From assembly GCA_963665095.1 (NCBI GenBank), contig OY762069.1:5152001-5216000 (forward strand): a DNA stretch of 64,000 nucleotides. The letters are read 5' to 3'. The stretch is from an uncultured Desulfobacter sp. GTDB taxonomy: Bacteria > Desulfobacterota > Desulfobacteria > Desulfobacterales > Desulfobacteraceae. A program made the translations under genes and the position numbers. This document shows, in pieces, positions 10,059-19,730 of this stretch. The notes beneath the pieces are model-generated. The model made no database searches and was not told the origin of the DNA. It worked only from the letters and a program-made list of their open reading frames with translations. Each line of letters opens with the position of its first letter. Positions within the stretch are counted from its first letter, which is position 1.

Positions 10059-10355
10059 ATGGATAAAATAAATGCGGCAGATTCCGGTAAACTCTCCCTT
10101 TACAGAGAGCCTGTGGCAGACCGGGTGGCAAAAAGAAGTCCGGAGTTTATGGAGCGTCTTGAATCGGCCATGCTGGATGTAAACAATGATCAGCATGTGG
10201 CGGATGACTCGGTTGAGGCTGTGATTGAAGGACGGCTGGGCATCCATGAGGGCATGATGGCCCTAAGCCGTGCCTCCACCTCCCTTAAAATGCTGGCCCA
10301 GGTAAGAAACAAGGCCATGAGTGCCTATAAAGAAGTGATGAATATGCAGGTGTAA
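10059..10355 (+). CDS. fliE: Flagellar hook-basal body protein FliE
   Basis: VRNKAMSAYKEVMNMQV C-terminus. Confidence 0.93.
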   Translation: MDKINAADSGKLSLYREPVADRVAKRSPEFMERLESAMLDVNNDQHVADDSVEAVIEGRLGIHEGMMALSRASTSLKMLAQVRNKAMSAYKEVMNMQV

Positions 10356-10436
10356 CAGCCATGGGGCTGCCTGGGGTATGCCCGGGTTCCTCCCACGAAA
10401 GAAAGTAAAATAAGAAAGCATGCAGGAGCTGCGTAA

Positions 10437-12152
10437 ATGAATCCCGTTATTGAAAGAATCATTTCAATATTCAAAGAGATGAGTGTGGTCCGTAAAGCCC
10501 TTCTGGGCGGACTTGTTCTGGTGGTGATCGCGGGTTTTATCACCATGTTTTTCTGGGCCAACAAAACGCCGTACAAGACCGCATATTCAGGTCTTAACCA
10601 GGACGATGCCGCAGCGGTTGTGGAATCCCTTAAGGCCTCCAATACCCCCTATACCCTTGCCGGTGACGGCACCACCATTCTTGTTCCGGAATCCATTGTC
10701 TACGATGTCAGGCTGACCATGGCCAAACAAGGTATCCCCAAAGGGGGCGGTGTGGGATACGAAATTTTTGATAAAAGTGAATTCGGCACCACTGAGTTTG
10801 TCCAGAAGATCAATAAGAAGCGGGCGCTCCAGGGAGAACTGGCCCGCACCATTGCCGCATTTGATGCAGTCAAAGATGCCAAGGTCATGATTGTGCTGCC
10901 CAAAGAGTCGGTTTTTGTTGAAGAGACCAAACAGCCGTCTGCCTCTATCCTTCTGGAGCTGGTGTCGGATCTTGAAAAAGAGGAAGTGGCAGCCATTGCC
11001 CATCTGGTGGCCTCATCTGTTCAGGATCTGACCCCGAAACTTGTGACCATCGTGGATACGGCGGGCCGGATACTGTTTGAGGGCAAGTCAGAAGAGGAGC
11101 AGGCCCGCATTGATGCGGAAAATCTTGCCGATGCCCAGTATCAGTATAAGATCCGGTTTGAGGAGAACCTGACCCGCAGAATCCAGACCATGCTGGAGCG
11201 CATCGTGGGCAAAGACAAGGCCATTGTCCGGGTCACATCGGAGATGGATTTTTCTAAAAACAGCATGAATGAAGAGATCTACGACCCCTTTGAACGGGGC
11301 GGGGAGTTCATCCGCAGCCGGAAAAACAGGGCTGAAAAGATCGTTCAGCTCAATGAGGAGATTGGCATTCCCTCATCGGTGAATCCCATAACCGATGAGG
11401 ACCAGACCGGGGACAAGAACCAGGAGCGGGTAAATAAAAGTGATGATACCGTTAATTACGAGATCAGCCGCCGGATCCGGGAAACTGCCAAGCCCATGGC
11501 CACTTTGGCCCGGCTTTCCGTGGCGGCTGTGATTGACGGCAAATATGAATTTCAGACCGATGACCAGGGCAATACCAAGCGGGTTTATACACCCAGATCC
11601 GCAGAGGAGATGCAGCAGTTTCAAAGCATTGTGGTCAAGGCCATGGGGTTTAATGAAGAGCGCAGTGATCAGGTCTCCATGGAGTGTTTCCCCTTTGTAT
11701 CCATTGGCGATATGGCAGGTGCCCAGGAACAGATCACCGGATGGCGCATGGTCCAGAAAGAGTACGGCCGGCTGATTGCCAATCTGCTGCTGGTGTTTGT
11801 ACTCTTTTTATTTGTTATCCGGCCCATTATAAAAACGGTCCGGGATATCAAGGTGACTGTGGAACAGGAAGCCCTGCCGTCTCCCGAAGAACTTGCCCTG
11901 CTTGAGGAAGGGGAAAAGGAACCCACCTTTGTTGAGATGAATGCCGAGCAGCAGCGTGAATTTTTTGATACAATGACAGACGCCCAGAAAGAGGAGTTCA
12001 TCCAGAAGATGACAGCCGCGGAAAGGGCTGCCTACCTTGCCAATATGACGCCCCAGGAAAAAGCCCGGTATTACGCGGACAAGGATCTGGTAAGAACAGT
12101 GAACATCATCAAGGGCTGGATCAGTGAAGTAGAAGAAGAGGAAGAGGAGTAA
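10437..12152 (+). CDS. fliF: Flagellar M-ring protein FliF
   Basis: Two TM segments, GVGYEIFDK, RALQGELARTI and NYEISR. Confidence 0.95.
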   Translation: MNPVIERIISIFKEMSVVRKALLGGLVLVVIAGFITMFFWANKTPYKTAYSGLNQDDAAAVVESLKASNTPYTLAGDGTTILVPESIVYDVRLTMAKQGIPKGGGVGYEIFDKSEFGTTEFVQKINKKRALQGELARTIAAFDAVKDAKVMIVLPKESVFVEETKQPSASILLELVSDLEKEEVAAIAHLVASSVQDLTPKLVTIVDTAGRILFEGKSEEEQARIDAENLADAQYQYKIRFEENLTRRIQTMLERIVGKDKAIVRVTSEMDFSKNSMNEEIYDPFERGGEFIRSRKNRAEKIVQLNEEIGIPSSVNPITDEDQTGDKNQERVNKSDDTVNYEISRRIRETAKPMATLARLSVAAVIDGKYEFQTDDQGNTKRVYTPRSAEEMQQFQSIVVKAMGFNEERSDQVSMECFPFVSIGDMAGAQEQITGWRMVQKEYGRLIANLLLVFVLFLFVIRPIIKTVRDIKVTVEQEALPSPEELALLEEGEKEPTFVEMNAEQQREFFDTMTDAQKEEFIQKMTAAERAAYLANMTPQEKARYYADKDLVRTVNIIKGWISEVEEEEEE

Positions 12153-12156
12153 TCCC

Positions 12157-13170
12157 ATGGTAAAAAAGATTGATCCGGAAAATTTAACAGGCTGCCAGAA
12201 AGCCGCTATATTCCTCATGTATATGGGTGAAGAATACACAACATCCGTATTTTCAAAAATGAAGGAGCAGGAGATTGCCGAGATTGCCTTTGAAATGTCC
12301 AAAGTCGATCAGATTACCCCGGAGATGCTCAAAATCGTGTGCGGTGATTTTGTGGATAAATTTGAAGGCGAATCCAAGATGATCGTTGAAGGTGATTCCT
12401 TTATCAAAAATGTGGTGTCCAAGACGCTGCAGGATAAGCAGGCTAAGGCGATTCTGGATGATCTTGAAAAGAAAAAACAGGCCAAACCGTTTATATGGAG
12501 CCGTAATGTCAATGTGGGCACCCTGTCCGCGTATATTGAGGGTGAACATCCCCAGACCATTGCCATGATTCTGGCCCATATGCCGGCGGAGATCTCTTCA
12601 GAGATCATGATGAACCTCTCGGATGAACAGAAAGGGGATATTGCCATGAGGATTGCACGGCTTGGCCAGATCTCCGAAGATGTGGTCCGGGATGTGGACA
12701 AGGCATTAAAATACGAACTCTCCGGCGCTGTGGGCCCTGGTGGCAAAGCCGGAGGTCTCGAAGTGCTGGTGGATATTATCAATGGTGTGGACAAATCCAC
12801 CGAAGATGCTGTTATGGAATATGTTGAAGAAGATGATGCTGAAATGGCCAATGAGATCAGAAAGCTCATGTTTGTATTTGAGGATCTGACTGCCGTTGAT
12901 GACAATGCCATGAGAGAAATTCTCAAGAAGGTTGAGGGCCAGCAGCTCACCTACGCACTGAAGACTGCCACGGAAGAGATGAAGAACAAAATCTTCTCCA
13001 ACCTGTCCCAGCGGGCCGGTGAAATGCTTAAAGACGACCTGGAAGCCATGGGTCCTGTCCGTCTGGCTGAAGTTGAAGAGGCTCAGCAGGCAGTGGTCCG
13101 GGCAGCCAAGGAGCTTGAGGCTGACGGTACCATAACCCTGGGCAAAGGAAAGGATGATGTCCTTGTCTGA
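12157..13170 (+). CDS. fliG: Flagellar motor switch protein FliG
   Basis: EHPQTIAMIL, MFVFEDL and MGPVRLAEVEEAQ. Confidence 0.96.
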   Translation: MVKKIDPENLTGCQKAAIFLMYMGEEYTTSVFSKMKEQEIAEIAFEMSKVDQITPEMLKIVCGDFVDKFEGESKMIVEGDSFIKNVVSKTLQDKQAKAILDDLEKKKQAKPFIWSRNVNVGTLSAYIEGEHPQTIAMILAHMPAEISSEIMMNLSDEQKGDIAMRIARLGQISEDVVRDVDKALKYELSGAVGPGGKAGGLEVLVDIINGVDKSTEDAVMEYVEEDDAEMANEIRKLMFVFEDLTAVDDNAMREILKKVEGQQLTYALKTATEEMKNKIFSNLSQRAGEMLKDDLEAMGPVRLAEVEEAQQAVVRAAKELEADGTITLGKGKDDVLV

Positions 13171-14194
13171 TAATCAGGAAAATATGGATCTGCAGAATCC
13201 TGTGTCATCGGCCTCTGTCGGAGCAGCACCTGCTGATGATGACGGGTTTAGGGCCATTGATGTAAATACTCTGGACAGTTTTAAGGAAGAGGTGTCCCTG
13301 AAGGGGCCGGATACCCAGCCTGATTTTGACCGGTTCAAGCTGTTATTTGATCCCGAGGAAATTAAAAAGGAAGAGGGCGGTTTTGACGCCCTTTATAAGA
13401 TTACCAAAAAGGTAAAAGAAGAGTTGTTTGAGCCCCTGATCCCTGGCGCTGATGTGGAGACTGAACCACTGAAAGGCTCAGGCGCTGGGCCAAATGATGA
13501 TTTGGCAGATGAAGAAGCTGAGGCTGAAGAAGGGCCCACTGCCGAAGAACTGGGGTTTGCCAGGGGATATGAAGAGGGCCTGGCCAAAGGGCTTGAGGAG
13601 GGTAAGGCACAGGGGCACGCCAAAGGGTATGAACAGGGCCTGGAAGAGGGCCGGGAAGAGGGATTTAAACAGGGAGAGGCGGACGGGTTTGCCAAAGGGG
13701 AGGCGGACGGCCTTGAAAAAGGGATGGCAGAGGGGCTTGAGGCCGGTAGGAATGAAGTTGTTAAGGAGATGGAAAGTATCCTGACCCCTTTTAGAGAGGC
13801 CCTGGGAACCGTTGACCAGTTGATGGAGAATCTGCTGACGCGCTATGAAGATCAGCTGGTGGGACTGGTGTTCAAGATTGCTGAAAAAGCAGTCATGGCC
13901 AGGCTGGATACGGATGATTCCGTGATCAAGAATACCATTATAGATGCCCTGTCCTATCTTGCCTCCCCTGAAGAGATTACCCTGAGCGTGTCTGATGAAG
14001 ATTATGAATATGTGGAGATGGTCAAGGAGACTTTTTTTGAGTCGTTAAGTTCTCTTACCCGTGTCACGGTAAACACCGATTCCATGATTCCTAAAGGGGG
14101 GTGCCGGATTGAAAGTGCCGGTGCCACCATTGCCACAGACCCTGAATCCAAACTTCAGGCGGTTTATGAGGCGATTACCCAGGTTGGAAAGTAA
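13154..14194 (+). CDS. fliH: Flagellar assembly protein FliH
   Basis: GxxxG repeat tract, C-terminal GGCRIES, position between fliG and fliI. Confidence 0.9.
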   Translation: MMSLSDNQENMDLQNPVSSASVGAAPADDDGFRAIDVNTLDSFKEEVSLKGPDTQPDFDRFKLLFDPEEIKKEEGGFDALYKITKKVKEELFEPLIPGADVETEPLKGSGAGPNDDLADEEAEAEEGPTAEELGFARGYEEGLAKGLEEGKAQGHAKGYEQGLEEGREEGFKQGEADGFAKGEADGLEKGMAEGLEAGRNEVVKEMESILTPFREALGTVDQLMENLLTRYEDQLVGLVFKIAEKAVMARLDTDDSVIKNTIIDALSYLASPEEITLSVSDEDYEYVEMVKETFFESLSSLTRVTVNTDSMIPKGGCRIESAGATIATDPESKLQAVYEAITQVGK

Positions 14195-14242
14195 GATGCA
14201 GTGTTATGTAATTTCTTTTGATAATGAGGCTTTTTATTCAGC

Positions 14243-15601
14243 ATGAATGATCTTCTGGACATGGTTGATTTCAGCATCTATGAAAGGGCCGTGGACAATG
14301 CCCGCACCTTGACCCCTGTGGGCCGGGTTTCCCAAGTGATCGGACTGATCGCCGAAGGGGACAGCTTAGGCCTTGGTGTAGGCGGGGTCTGCCGCATTAT
14401 CAATGATCATGGGCAGACTGTAATGGCTGAAGTGGTGGGCTTTAAAAAGGAAAAAGCCCTGCTCATGCCCTATGGGGATATCCGGGGGATCAGCATGGGC
14501 AGCCGGATTATCCCGGTGGCATCTTCACCCATGGTCCCGGTGGGTGACGGGATGCTTGGCCGGGTGGTGGACGGCATGGGAAATCCCATAGACGGTAAAG
14601 GCGCCATCAACGCCACCAGTTCCTATTATCTGTACGGCAAACCCTTAGGCCCCCTGGAAAGAAGAATGATTAAAGAGCCCCTGGATGTGGGGATCGGTGC
14701 CGTCAACAGCATGATAACTTTGGGCCGTGGACAGCGGGTGGCCATTATGGCCGGTTCCGGTGTGGGGAAAAGCGTGCTCATGGGTATGATGACCAAACAC
14801 ACGGCTGCGGATGTGGTGGTGATCGGGCTCATTGGCGAACGTGGCCGCGAAGTAAAGGATTTTGTGGAGGAGACCCTGGGCCCGGAAGGAATTAAACGGG
14901 CCGTGGTGGTGGCGGCCACATCAGACTCCCCGCCGCTGACCCGTATCCGCGGTGCCTACCTTGCTACCACCATTGCCGAGTATTTCCGGGACCAGGGAAA
15001 GGATGTCCTGCTCATGCTGGACTCCATTACCCGGTTTGCCATGTCATCGCGGGATGTGGGCCTTGCTGCGGGGGAGCCCCCCACCACAAGAGGGTATACC
15101 CCTTCGTTTTTTGTCCAGATTCCCATCCTGCTGGAGCGGGCCGGGGCCCTTGAAAGCGGCGGTTCCATCACTGGTATCTACACGGTGCTGGTGGAGGGCG
15201 ATGACCTGAATGATCCGGTGGGGGACACGGTACGTTCCATTGTGGACGGGCATATTGTACTTTCCAGGGATCTGGCCAACCGTGGGCATTACCCGGCCAT
15301 TGATGTGATGGCCAGTGTCTCCAGGGTGATGCGGGATGTGTCCAAACCCGATCACATGGCCATGCGGGACAAGGCCGTCAATGTCATGGCTGCTTACAGA
15401 AGTGCCGAAGATATGATTACCATCGGGGCCTATGTGGACGGGTCAGATCCCAATGTGGATCAGGCCAAGAGGCTGATGCCGGGCATCAACCGGTTTCTGC
15501 GCCAGAGGATCGAGACAAAAATGGATATGCCGGCCAGCATGGCCGGGCTCAAAAAAGCCCTGGACATCAAAGGGGAAAAAGCCGCCCCCAAAAAGGGATA
15601 G
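14243..15601 (+). CDS. fliI: Flagellar export ATPase FliI
   Basis: AGSGVGKS, IGERGREV, DSITRFA, GEPP and DGHIVLSR. Confidence 0.96.
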   Translation: MNDLLDMVDFSIYERAVDNARTLTPVGRVSQVIGLIAEGDSLGLGVGGVCRIINDHGQTVMAEVVGFKKEKALLMPYGDIRGISMGSRIIPVASSPMVPVGDGMLGRVVDGMGNPIDGKGAINATSSYYLYGKPLGPLERRMIKEPLDVGIGAVNSMITLGRGQRVAIMAGSGVGKSVLMGMMTKHTAADVVVIGLIGERGREVKDFVEETLGPEGIKRAVVVAATSDSPPLTRIRGAYLATTIAEYFRDQGKDVLLMLDSITRFAMSSRDVGLAAGEPPTTRGYTPSFFVQIPILLERAGALESGGSITGIYTVLVEGDDLNDPVGDTVRSIVDGHIVLSRDLANRGHYPAIDVMASVSRVMRDVSKPDHMAMRDKAVNVMAAYRSAEDMITIGAYVDGSDPNVDQAKRLMPGINRFLRQRIETKMDMPASMAGLKKALDIKGEKAAPKKG

Positions 15602-15621
15602 CATAGACACAGGTTTTTTCT

Positions 15622-16080
15622 ATGAAAAAATTTCAGTTCAGACTGCAGCCCCTGCTCAACTACAGACGCCACCTTGAGCAGCTTGCCAAACAGGAGATGG
15701 CAAAGGTTGTGGCTGATATTGCTGCCTGCGAGCAGCGGATACAAGGGCTTTTGGATGACGGCCGAGAAGCTGCACAAAAGCTGGACCGCCTGGTGGAGAA
15801 AGGAATGGAGGCCGGCAGTTTCAACAGCTACCGTAATTTTATTACCTCTGTGGAGTATACAGTCTCCCAGGAAAGAGCCCTTAAGGCGGGGTTGGAAAAG
15901 ACGCTGGAAGAGAAGCGGGAGGCCCTTAAAAAAAGAACCATTGAAAAAAAAGCACTGGAGCGGTTGCGGGAAAAGCAGGCTGACGCATACACACAGGAGA
16001 TGATCCGGGAGGAACAAAAAGGCCTGGATGAGATGGCATCCGTAAGAAAGGCCAGGGAGGTGAATAATGAACATGTTTAA
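15622..16080 (+). CDS. fliJ: Flagellar export protein FliJ
   Basis: MKKFQFRLQPLL start, coiled coil, EQKGLDE near the C-terminus. Confidence 0.9.
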   Translation: MKKFQFRLQPLLNYRRHLEQLAKQEMAKVVADIAACEQRIQGLLDDGREAAQKLDRLVEKGMEAGSFNSYRNFITSVEYTVSQERALKAGLEKTLEEKREALKKRTIEKKALERLREKQADAYTQEMIREEQKGLDEMASVRKAREVNNEHV

Positions 16081-16729
16081 GCGCTGGATCACGGGGCTGA
16101 CTGTGATACTGTTTTTGATAACAGGTGCCTGGGTCGTTGTGTCACATATCAGCCCGGGCCAGCCGCCTGTAACTCTGGCTGCAGATGAAAAAAAAGAAGA
16201 AAAGCCGGCAGCCCAGGAAAAAAAAGAGGCCAAAGAGGGGGAAGAGGGAGAGACGGAAGAGGGAGAAGCTCCTCCCTGTCCGGAATGCCCGGAATGCCCC
16301 GACCCTGCCAAAGTAGTCCTCCAGGGGCTTGAAGAAAAGAAAAAGGCAGTGGCTGACGCCAGTGAAAAACTGGCCGTGGAAAAAAAGGAACTGGAAACCT
16401 ATGAAGCGCAGATTGACGAAAAGCTGGCGTCCCTGACTGCTCTAAAAAAACAGATTGAAGTGGATATGGCCCGGCTGGAAAATAAAAAGAGCGCCAAAGA
16501 GCAGGAGGAAACTGCTGCCTTTGAAGCAAAGATGAACCGGTTGGTGAAAATGTATGCCGGCATGAAACCCAAGGCTGCTGCAGAAATCGTGAACAAGATG
16601 GAGCTTTCCGTTGCCTATGAAATATTTTTAAGAATGCGGGAGGCCTCTGCGTCCCAGATCCTGGCATTTGTGGATTCGGAAAAAGCCGCAAAGATCAGTG
16701 AACGCATGGCATTTAAACGCAAAAATTGA
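16067..16729 (+). CDS. MotE/FlbB-like flagellar protein (TM anchor, coiled coil, MgtE-N-like C-terminus)
   Basis: LVKMYAGMKPKAAAEIV and ASQILAFVD motifs; follows fliJ. Confidence 0.75.
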   Translation: MNMFKRWITGLTVILFLITGAWVVVSHISPGQPPVTLAADEKKEEKPAAQEKKEAKEGEEGETEEGEAPPCPECPECPDPAKVVLQGLEEKKKAVADASEKLAVEKKELETYEAQIDEKLASLTALKKQIEVDMARLENKKSAKEQEETAAFEAKMNRLVKMYAGMKPKAAAEIVNKMELSVAYEIFLRMREASASQILAFVDSEKAAKISERMAFKRKN

Positions 16730-16735
16730 TAGGGG

Positions 16736-19483
16736 TTAAATCAGTTCCAGCAGCTCTTTTTCCGAAAACGGGGCACCTGTGGATTCCGTGTGCCCCAGAA
16801 TTGTTTCCCCCATGTCCCGCTTTCTGGCCTGAAGGCGGCTGACATTTTCTTCCACGGAATTCCGGGTGATAAACCTGTAAACCGTTACAGGATTTTCCTG
16901 GCCGATCCGGTGGCTTCTGTCCACGGCCTGATTTTCCACGGCCGGGTTCCACCAGGGATCCAGCAGGAAAACATATCCCGCCTCTGTCAGGTTCAGCCCC
17001 ACACCCCCAGTCTTTAATGAGATCAGAAAAATGCAGGGGTCAGGACTTTTCTTGAACCCCAGAATCTGTTCCTGTCGCTTCTGTGTGGTGCCGTACAGGG
17101 CGTACTGCTTAATCCCGTATGCATTGAACATCTGCCCTGCCAGTTCAAGAAGGGCCACAAACTGGGAGAAGATCAGGATTTTATATCCGCTGCTCAGGAT
17201 CTCCAGGGCTGTTTCCAGAACAAGCTCAAACTTGTTGCTTGATTCCTCCGGCCGGATATTTTCCCCCGGCTCCGCGCCGGGCAACAGGGCCGGGTGGCAG
17301 GCGGCCTGCCGCAGCCTGAGAAGCAGGGTCAGGATCTGCATGGTCCTGTGTTCCCGGGGCTGGTTGTCCGCATGGGCAAAAAGCTGATGTCTCCCGGTAT
17401 TAAGCATTTCATCATAGCAGGCTTTCTGCTCTCTGCTGAAATCACATAGCAGGGTGATTTCCGTTTTTGCCGGCAGCTCCCTGCAGACCTGTTTTTTCAT
17501 CCGTCTCAGGATAAAAGGGGCGGTCAGGATGTTAAGCCGGTTCAGTGCGTCCCGGTTCTGATCGCCATAGGTATTTTGAAACGAGGTCCGGTCTCCTAAA
17601 AAACCGGGCATGAGAAAATCAAACTGGCTCCACAGGTCCAGGGGGCGGTTTTCAATGGGGGTGCCTGTCAGGCAGATCCGGCTTGCCGCCCTGAGTGTTT
17701 TTACAGACCCGGCAATCTGGGAATCCGGATTTTTAATGGCCTGGGCCTCGTCCAGGACCACGAGATCCCAGGAGACCCGGTTCAGGATCTGTGCATCCTG
17801 CCGGACCAGTCCATAGGATGTGATCATAAGATCGGTGTCCGAAAGACCGGGTAAGGATTTATCCCTGGAAGCACCTGTGTAACACTGCAGGTTCAGGTCC
17901 GGGGCAAACCGGTTCACTTCCGATTCCCAGTTCCAGATCAGGGTTGTGGGAACAATCACCAGAGTGAGGTGGGCACCTTTGGTCCTCTTTTTTAAATCAA
18001 GAAGAAACGCAAGCACCTGCAGGGTTTTCCCCAGTCCCATGTCATCGGCAAGGATGCCGCAGAATCCAAACCTGTAAAGCCCGTGGAGCCAGGAAAATCC
18101 GGTTTTCTGGTAAGGCCGCAGGGTTGCCTTCAGGGTGTCCGGTACCCTGACAGGGCTGTCCGGGGTGCATCTGTCGTTCAGAAAAGCCAGGTAACAGCTG
18201 AATGCCGGGTCATGGACAACATTTTTTTTATGGCTGAAGAACCGGGCCACAAAGGAGAGATCATGGCCTTCAAACCGGATGTCATCATCCCTGACGTCCC
18301 CGCGAAGTTCAAGATATTCAAAATCCCGTGCCAGGCGACCCGGGATAAACCCTTTAAATCCCCCCGGAAGATCAAACCAACACTGCCCGCAAAGGCAGGC
18401 ATCCAGAATATTTTCCAGGCTGGCCTGCCCTTCCTGGTACTGAACGGTTCCTCCCACAAAAATTTCCTGGTTCTCTGTTTTGATATCCCAGGAAATTTGG
18501 ATGTCCGGTATCAGGCAGTTGCCGGAAAGGGTCAGAGCAAATCCGTGTTTCCGGGCATTATTGATGATATGTTCCCTTTTCCCTTCCGGGATAAACCAGT
18601 CTCCGCGATTGGTGCCCCTGAGTTCAGCACCAAAGCTTTCAAGCTGTTTGCGGTACTTCTGCTCTTCCGTGACATTTCGGTGTACTTCAAGGTTTTTTGG
18701 GGGATCAAACAGGATCTGCCGCTGGTCTTTCATGGGCACCACGCCTATGTCTTTATATTCAAACCCCAGATCGGCAAATTTAAAGGAGGGATGAAAATCA
18801 ATTACGGGGACGACCGGTGCATGGTGTCTCTCTTTCAAAGGTTTTCCAGGGATTGACAGGGACAGTTTTCCTGCGTACTGACTCAGTTTTTCCACCATCC
18901 CTTCAACGTCATTGACAGGGAGGGTGATTCCCTGGATCAGATCCCCGACCATGGCTGCCGGCAATCCTTTGGGCAGTTCATAAACATGGGTACCGGATAT
19001 AATTCTGACCGGATCGGATGCAGTGGCATAGTCGAATGCTGCTTTTTTTTGTCCGTCCAGGGAAAGAAAGACGTTAACATCTTTCCTGACGTCTTTGAAC
19101 CTGATGTCAGGGATACTATTTTTTGTATATTGAAACCTGAGCACCCGGCCGTCTTTTCCGCACAAAATCCCCCTGGCATTGCATCGTTCCAGAAACACCT
19201 TGAGATCACATGGGGAGATCCTGAACCGAGTATACTCTTCATCCAGGGAGAAAAAGTGGGCCTCCATTTTTCTGAGATCTGTTTCAGATTTGAATGCCAG
19301 GGAAAAAATCGCTTTATCCAGGATGTTCAGCCCGGGCATTTGAAGGTCCCTGGCTGTATAGACTTGTTTCCCGCCTGCAGGTATCCAGACGCCCGCTTTT
19401 TTCCGCCGCTCTTCAATGCGAACAGTCAGCAATCTGTTCTGAATCGACGGCTTTTTTTCATATACAAATACAATTCCCTGCAT
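16736..19483 (-). CDS. SNF2-family DEAD/DEAH helicase-like ATPase
   Basis: LRPYQ, LADDMGLGKT, LDEAQ, LTGTPIEN, FSQF, GLNLT and QAVDRSHRIGQ. Confidence 0.93.
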   Translation of the reverse strand: MQGIVFVYEKKPSIQNRLLTVRIEERRKKAGVWIPAGGKQVYTARDLQMPGLNILDKAIFSLAFKSETDLRKMEAHFFSLDEEYTRFRISPCDLKVFLERCNARGILCGKDGRVLRFQYTKNSIPDIRFKDVRKDVNVFLSLDGQKKAAFDYATASDPVRIISGTHVYELPKGLPAAMVGDLIQGITLPVNDVEGMVEKLSQYAGKLSLSIPGKPLKERHHAPVVPVIDFHPSFKFADLGFEYKDIGVVPMKDQRQILFDPPKNLEVHRNVTEEQKYRKQLESFGAELRGTNRGDWFIPEGKREHIINNARKHGFALTLSGNCLIPDIQISWDIKTENQEIFVGGTVQYQEGQASLENILDACLCGQCWFDLPGGFKGFIPGRLARDFEYLELRGDVRDDDIRFEGHDLSFVARFFSHKKNVVHDPAFSCYLAFLNDRCTPDSPVRVPDTLKATLRPYQKTGFSWLHGLYRFGFCGILADDMGLGKTLQVLAFLLDLKKRTKGAHLTLVIVPTTLIWNWESEVNRFAPDLNLQCYTGASRDKSLPGLSDTDLMITSYGLVRQDAQILNRVSWDLVVLDEAQAIKNPDSQIAGSVKTLRAASRICLTGTPIENRPLDLWSQFDFLMPGFLGDRTSFQNTYGDQNRDALNRLNILTAPFILRRMKKQVCRELPAKTEITLLCDFSREQKACYDEMLNTGRHQLFAHADNQPREHRTMQILTLLLRLRQAACHPALLPGAEPGENIRPEESSNKFELVLETALEILSSGYKILIFSQFVALLELAGQMFNAYGIKQYALYGTTQKRQEQILGFKKSPDPCIFLISLKTGGVGLNLTEAGYVFLLDPWWNPAVENQAVDRSHRIGQENPVTVYRFITRNSVEENVSRLQARKRDMGETILGHTESTGAPFSEKELLELI

Positions 19484-19730
19484 TGGCGCGTCCTGTGGGT
19501 AATTAAAAAACGGTTTAATGGGGCTTGTTTCTTATTTCTGCGCAAGGCTGAAAAAGTACCATGGCCACATGAAAAGGGAAAGGATTTGAACGGTGACAAC
19601 ATCAGAACAAAGAATCAATAAATGGCCTTTTCCGGTTGAACCCCCGGGTAGAGTTTGATAGTAAGATGAAAATCAGGTTCAAACAGCAGTTCATTCTTTT
19701 GTCTACGGGTTTCAAAAATTGGAGGAATTG

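Noticed and set aside
15460..16311. 283-aa minus-strand ORF
   Set aside because: It is antisense to fliI, fliJ and the motE-like gene and has no recognisable motifs.
18083..19621. 257-aa and 211-aa plus-strand ORFs
   Set aside because: They are shadows of the SNF2 gene.
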